Source: Macrostomum lignano (Eukaryota). From it: DNA of 64,000 nt. Made by a program: the position numbers and the translations under genes. The stretch lies in assembly GCA_002269645.1 (NCBI GenBank), contig NIVC01000296.1, forward strand, positions 639,015 to 703,014, written 5' to 3'. Of the stretch, positions 61,150-64,000 are shown in pieces (positions within the stretch are counted from its first letter, which is position 1; each line of letters begins with the position of its first letter). The notes under the pieces were generated by a model. That model made no database searches, was not told the DNA's origin, and saw only the letters and a list, made by a program, of their open reading frames with translations.

Positions 61150-62160
61150 AATTCGTTGGTGGAACCCAACATGTCAAGGAATGTTTTAGAATTGACGCTG
61201 CAGCCACAGATGCCATGCCAAGTCTACAAGGCCGGTTTCGGTTATGCTCTTACCGGTTACGCCAGTGGCGAGAAGCTCTGCAGTGCAGGAGCTGATGGCG
61301 AGAACTAATTCATTTTGGAAAAACACTGGAGTTGACCTCAGTGTACTGAGCGTTGGTTGCGAAACCCTCCCGTTCAGAAAGATCCCAACATCAAAGCCGG
61401 TGTTGATTGACTGCTTTGAACCGTCAGTGCAGGTAGCAGTGGAGCTCACCAGGGTTCCAGCAGTGGTCATTGAGGATATATCGCGTGATACGATAGCTAC
61501 GGGAGTGTAGCGTTATCTCAGATTGGCAATTCCTTCGGTGGAGACGCGATTGGACTGGCACTCATTGAGAATGTTGGGGCACAGGTCATTATCTGGAACA
61601 AGTTCCGTTGGTGCTGTTATGTAGAGAAATTTGACGCCGGCATCTAAATGTAGCTAGTAGACCTTTCTTACATCTTGTCAGGTCCTTCAGGTCAGGTCAT
61701 GGCTGTATGTGCGCAGAAGCAAGCTTCCAAAAGAGGCCCAAATAAAGAACGATCTTCTCGCTTTGTCCTTCAATTCAGCTGGTCTTCTCGAGTTACTGAG
61801 CGCATATTCTTGTCAACTCCACCAGTACAGCTTCTTCTTAGCCAGCTCCATCAATCTCGGTAATCCAAAAGTCTATTTGAATTGTTTGCCTGTGATCTTC
61901 GTCAAAAAATCGCCGGAGACAGCCAGTGCTCATCAACCAGCGCCGTCACTCCATGCAGTCTAAAGCTTAGTCGATCTGTAGTGGTTAGAGACATTTTCAG
62001 CTCTTGTCGTCCTTCTCGTCACCTCTTCTTCCTGGACCAACTCAAAATTTTAGTCCCACTCTTCGTCTTTACATGTATATCTCTTATAGTCTTTATGGCT
62101 AAAACTCCAGCTTCCTGTGAGAACTCCATGCAGACAAGCTGTTTTCCCTTTCCTTAGCAG
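61150..62160 (-). pseudogene. Decayed LOA-like RT/RNase H fragment
   Basis: CTDGSK...PVFFQNELVLAISSCTAELL parallels TDGS...VFQNEVLAISSCAAG of the LINE at 12337-15401. Many stops. Confidence 0.6.
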
Positions 62161-62574
62161 TATGGTAAGTTCCAATTCCTCTAAATGTCTATACGCTTGT
62201 CTAAATCAGAAAAACAGCTTCGCAAATAAATTTCTTAATTGGTTATTCGTTTTTAAGATTCCTTAATTCGTGCGTAAAGATTACTGGATCAAGTGCGCTA
62301 CTGGTCATGGAGCCTCATCAATGGCTAATAAAACTCCACACAGGCGAGGAGGCTATGCGCACTCGTGACAGGACTTAACGCACTTGAAACCAAGCGATAA
62401 ATCTACCATTTGAGAATTATGCTTGGCCTTATGTACAAAAAGATTGAACGGCATGTACGGCAAACGCCACTGGCTTAAGCAAAATTGATTCAAGCATCTA
62501 AAACTCCACAATTGATTTTTTCAAACACTGTATGCAATTTTAAAGGCGAATATTTTTGGGATACGAGTAAATCT

Positions 62575-64000
62575 GCTATCTGCCGCCGCTCCTGTAACAG
62601 CTCCGCTATCTGCCGCAGCTCCTGTAACAGCTCCGCTATCTGCCGCAGCTCCTGTAACAGCTCCGCTATCTGCCGCAGCTCCTGTAACAGCTCCGCTATC
62701 TGCCGCAGCTCCTGCAACAGCTCCGCTATCTGCCGAGCTCCTGCAACAGCTCCGCTATCTGCCGCAGCTCCTGCAACAGCTCCGCTATCTGCCGCAGCTC
62801 CTGCAACAGCTCCGCTATCTGCCGCAGCTCCTGCAACAGCTCCGCTATCTGCCGCAGCTCCTGCAACAGCTCCGCTATCTGCCGCAGCTCCTGCAACAGC
62901 TCCGCTATCTGCCGCAGCTCCTGTAACAGCTCCGCTATCTGCCGCAGCCTCCTGCAACAGCTCCGCTATCTGCCGCAGCTCCTGCAACAGCTCCGCTATC
63001 TGCCGCAGCTCCTGCAACAGCTCCGCTATCTCCGCAGCTCCTGCAACAGCTCCGCTATCTGCCGCAGCTCCTGCAACAGCTCCGCTATCTGCCGCAAGCT
63101 CCTGTAACAGCTCCGCTATCTGCCGCAGCTCCTGTAACAGCTCCGCTATCTGCCGCAGCTCCTGTAACAGCTCCGCTATCTGCCGCAAGCTCCTGCAACA
63201 GCTCCGCTATCTGCCGCAGCTCCTGCAACAGCTCCGCTATCTGCCGCAGCTCCTGCAACAGCTCCGCTATCTGCCGCAGCTCCTGTAACAGCTCCGCTAT
63301 CTGCCGCAGCTCCTGTAACAGCTCCGCTATCTGCCGCAGCTCCTGTAACAGCTCCGCTATCTGCCGCAGCTCCTGTAACAGCTCCGCTATCTGCCGCAGC
63401 TCCTGTAACAGCTCCGCTATCTGCCGCAGCTCCTGTAACAGCTCCGCTATCTGCGCAGCTCCTGCAACAGCTCCGCTATCTGCCGCAGCTCCTGCAACAG
63501 CTCCGCTATCTGCCGCAGCTCCTGTAACAGCTCCGCTATCTGCCGCAGCTCCTGTAACAGCTCCGCTATCTGCCGCAGCTCCTGCAACAGCTCCGCTATC
63601 TGCCGCAGCTCCTGTAACAGCTCCGCTATCTGCCGCAGCTCCTGTAACAGGCTCCGCTATCTGCCGCAGCTCCTGTAACAGCTCCGCTATCTGCCGCAGC
63701 TCCTGCAACAGCTCCGCTATCTGCCGCCAGCTCCTGCAACAGCTCCGCTATCTGCCGCAGCTCCTGCACAACAGCTCCGCTATCTGCCGCAGCTCCTGTA
63801 ACAGCTCCGCTATCTGCCGCAGCTCCTGTAACAGCCTCCGCTATCTGCCGCAGCTCCTGCAACAGCTCCGCTATCTGCCGCAGCTCCTGCAACAGCTCCG
63901 CTATCTGCCGCAGCTCTGCAACAGCTCCGCTATCTGCCGGCTCCTGCAACAGCTCCGCTATCTGCCGCAGCTCCTGCAACAGCTCCGCTATCTGCCGCAG
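62575..64000. repeat. Inverted copy of the 30-bp array, more heterogeneous
   Basis: Unit cagctccgctatctgccgcagctcctg(c/t)aa with scattered indels. Confidence 0.97.

Larger units (their letters stand above)
57338..64000. mobile_element. Foldback-like element with modular long inverted repeats; the right end lies beyond the window
   Basis: The 30-bp array (57369-60399) plus a 224-bp unique block (60400-60623) is mirrored by 62351-62574 plus the inverted array (62575-64000). The spacer is 1727 bp. Confidence 0.75.

Noticed and set aside
57319-64000. ORFs of 200-1056 aa (ELRQIAELLQ, AGAAADSGAV and LRYLPQLLQQ repeats)
   Set aside because: A stop-free 30-bp unit keeps several frames on both strands open, and the array is part of an inverted-repeat arm. 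No evidence of coding function.

Overview
This is metazoan genomic DNA with spliceosomal introns packed with minisatellites. A free-living flatworm such as Macrostomum is a guess from sequence style only. Host genes: a KICS2/C12orf66 orthologue (minus strand, runs off the left edge); a divergently transcribed secreted CUB + 6x LDLa gene; two exons of an unidentified gene; and a 3-exon gene fusing about 15 ankyrin repeats to a Mab-21/cGAS-like (cGLR) nucleotidyltransferase with an intact catalytic motif and one in-frame TAG. Mobile DNA dominates the rest. An internally deleted LOA-clade LINE starts exactly at a hand-folded HDV-like ribozyme. There is a young intact Copia. A hAT-type MITE hosts a Gypsy element, whose 3' LTR hosts three head-to-tail Helitrons, one encoding STPR-OTU-Rep-helicase. 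There are also tRNA-derived SINEs and a Foldback-like giant inverted repeat that runs off the right edge. Most long ORFs in the supplied track are artefacts of tandem repeats. All splice models, folds and family calls were made by eye without database searches.
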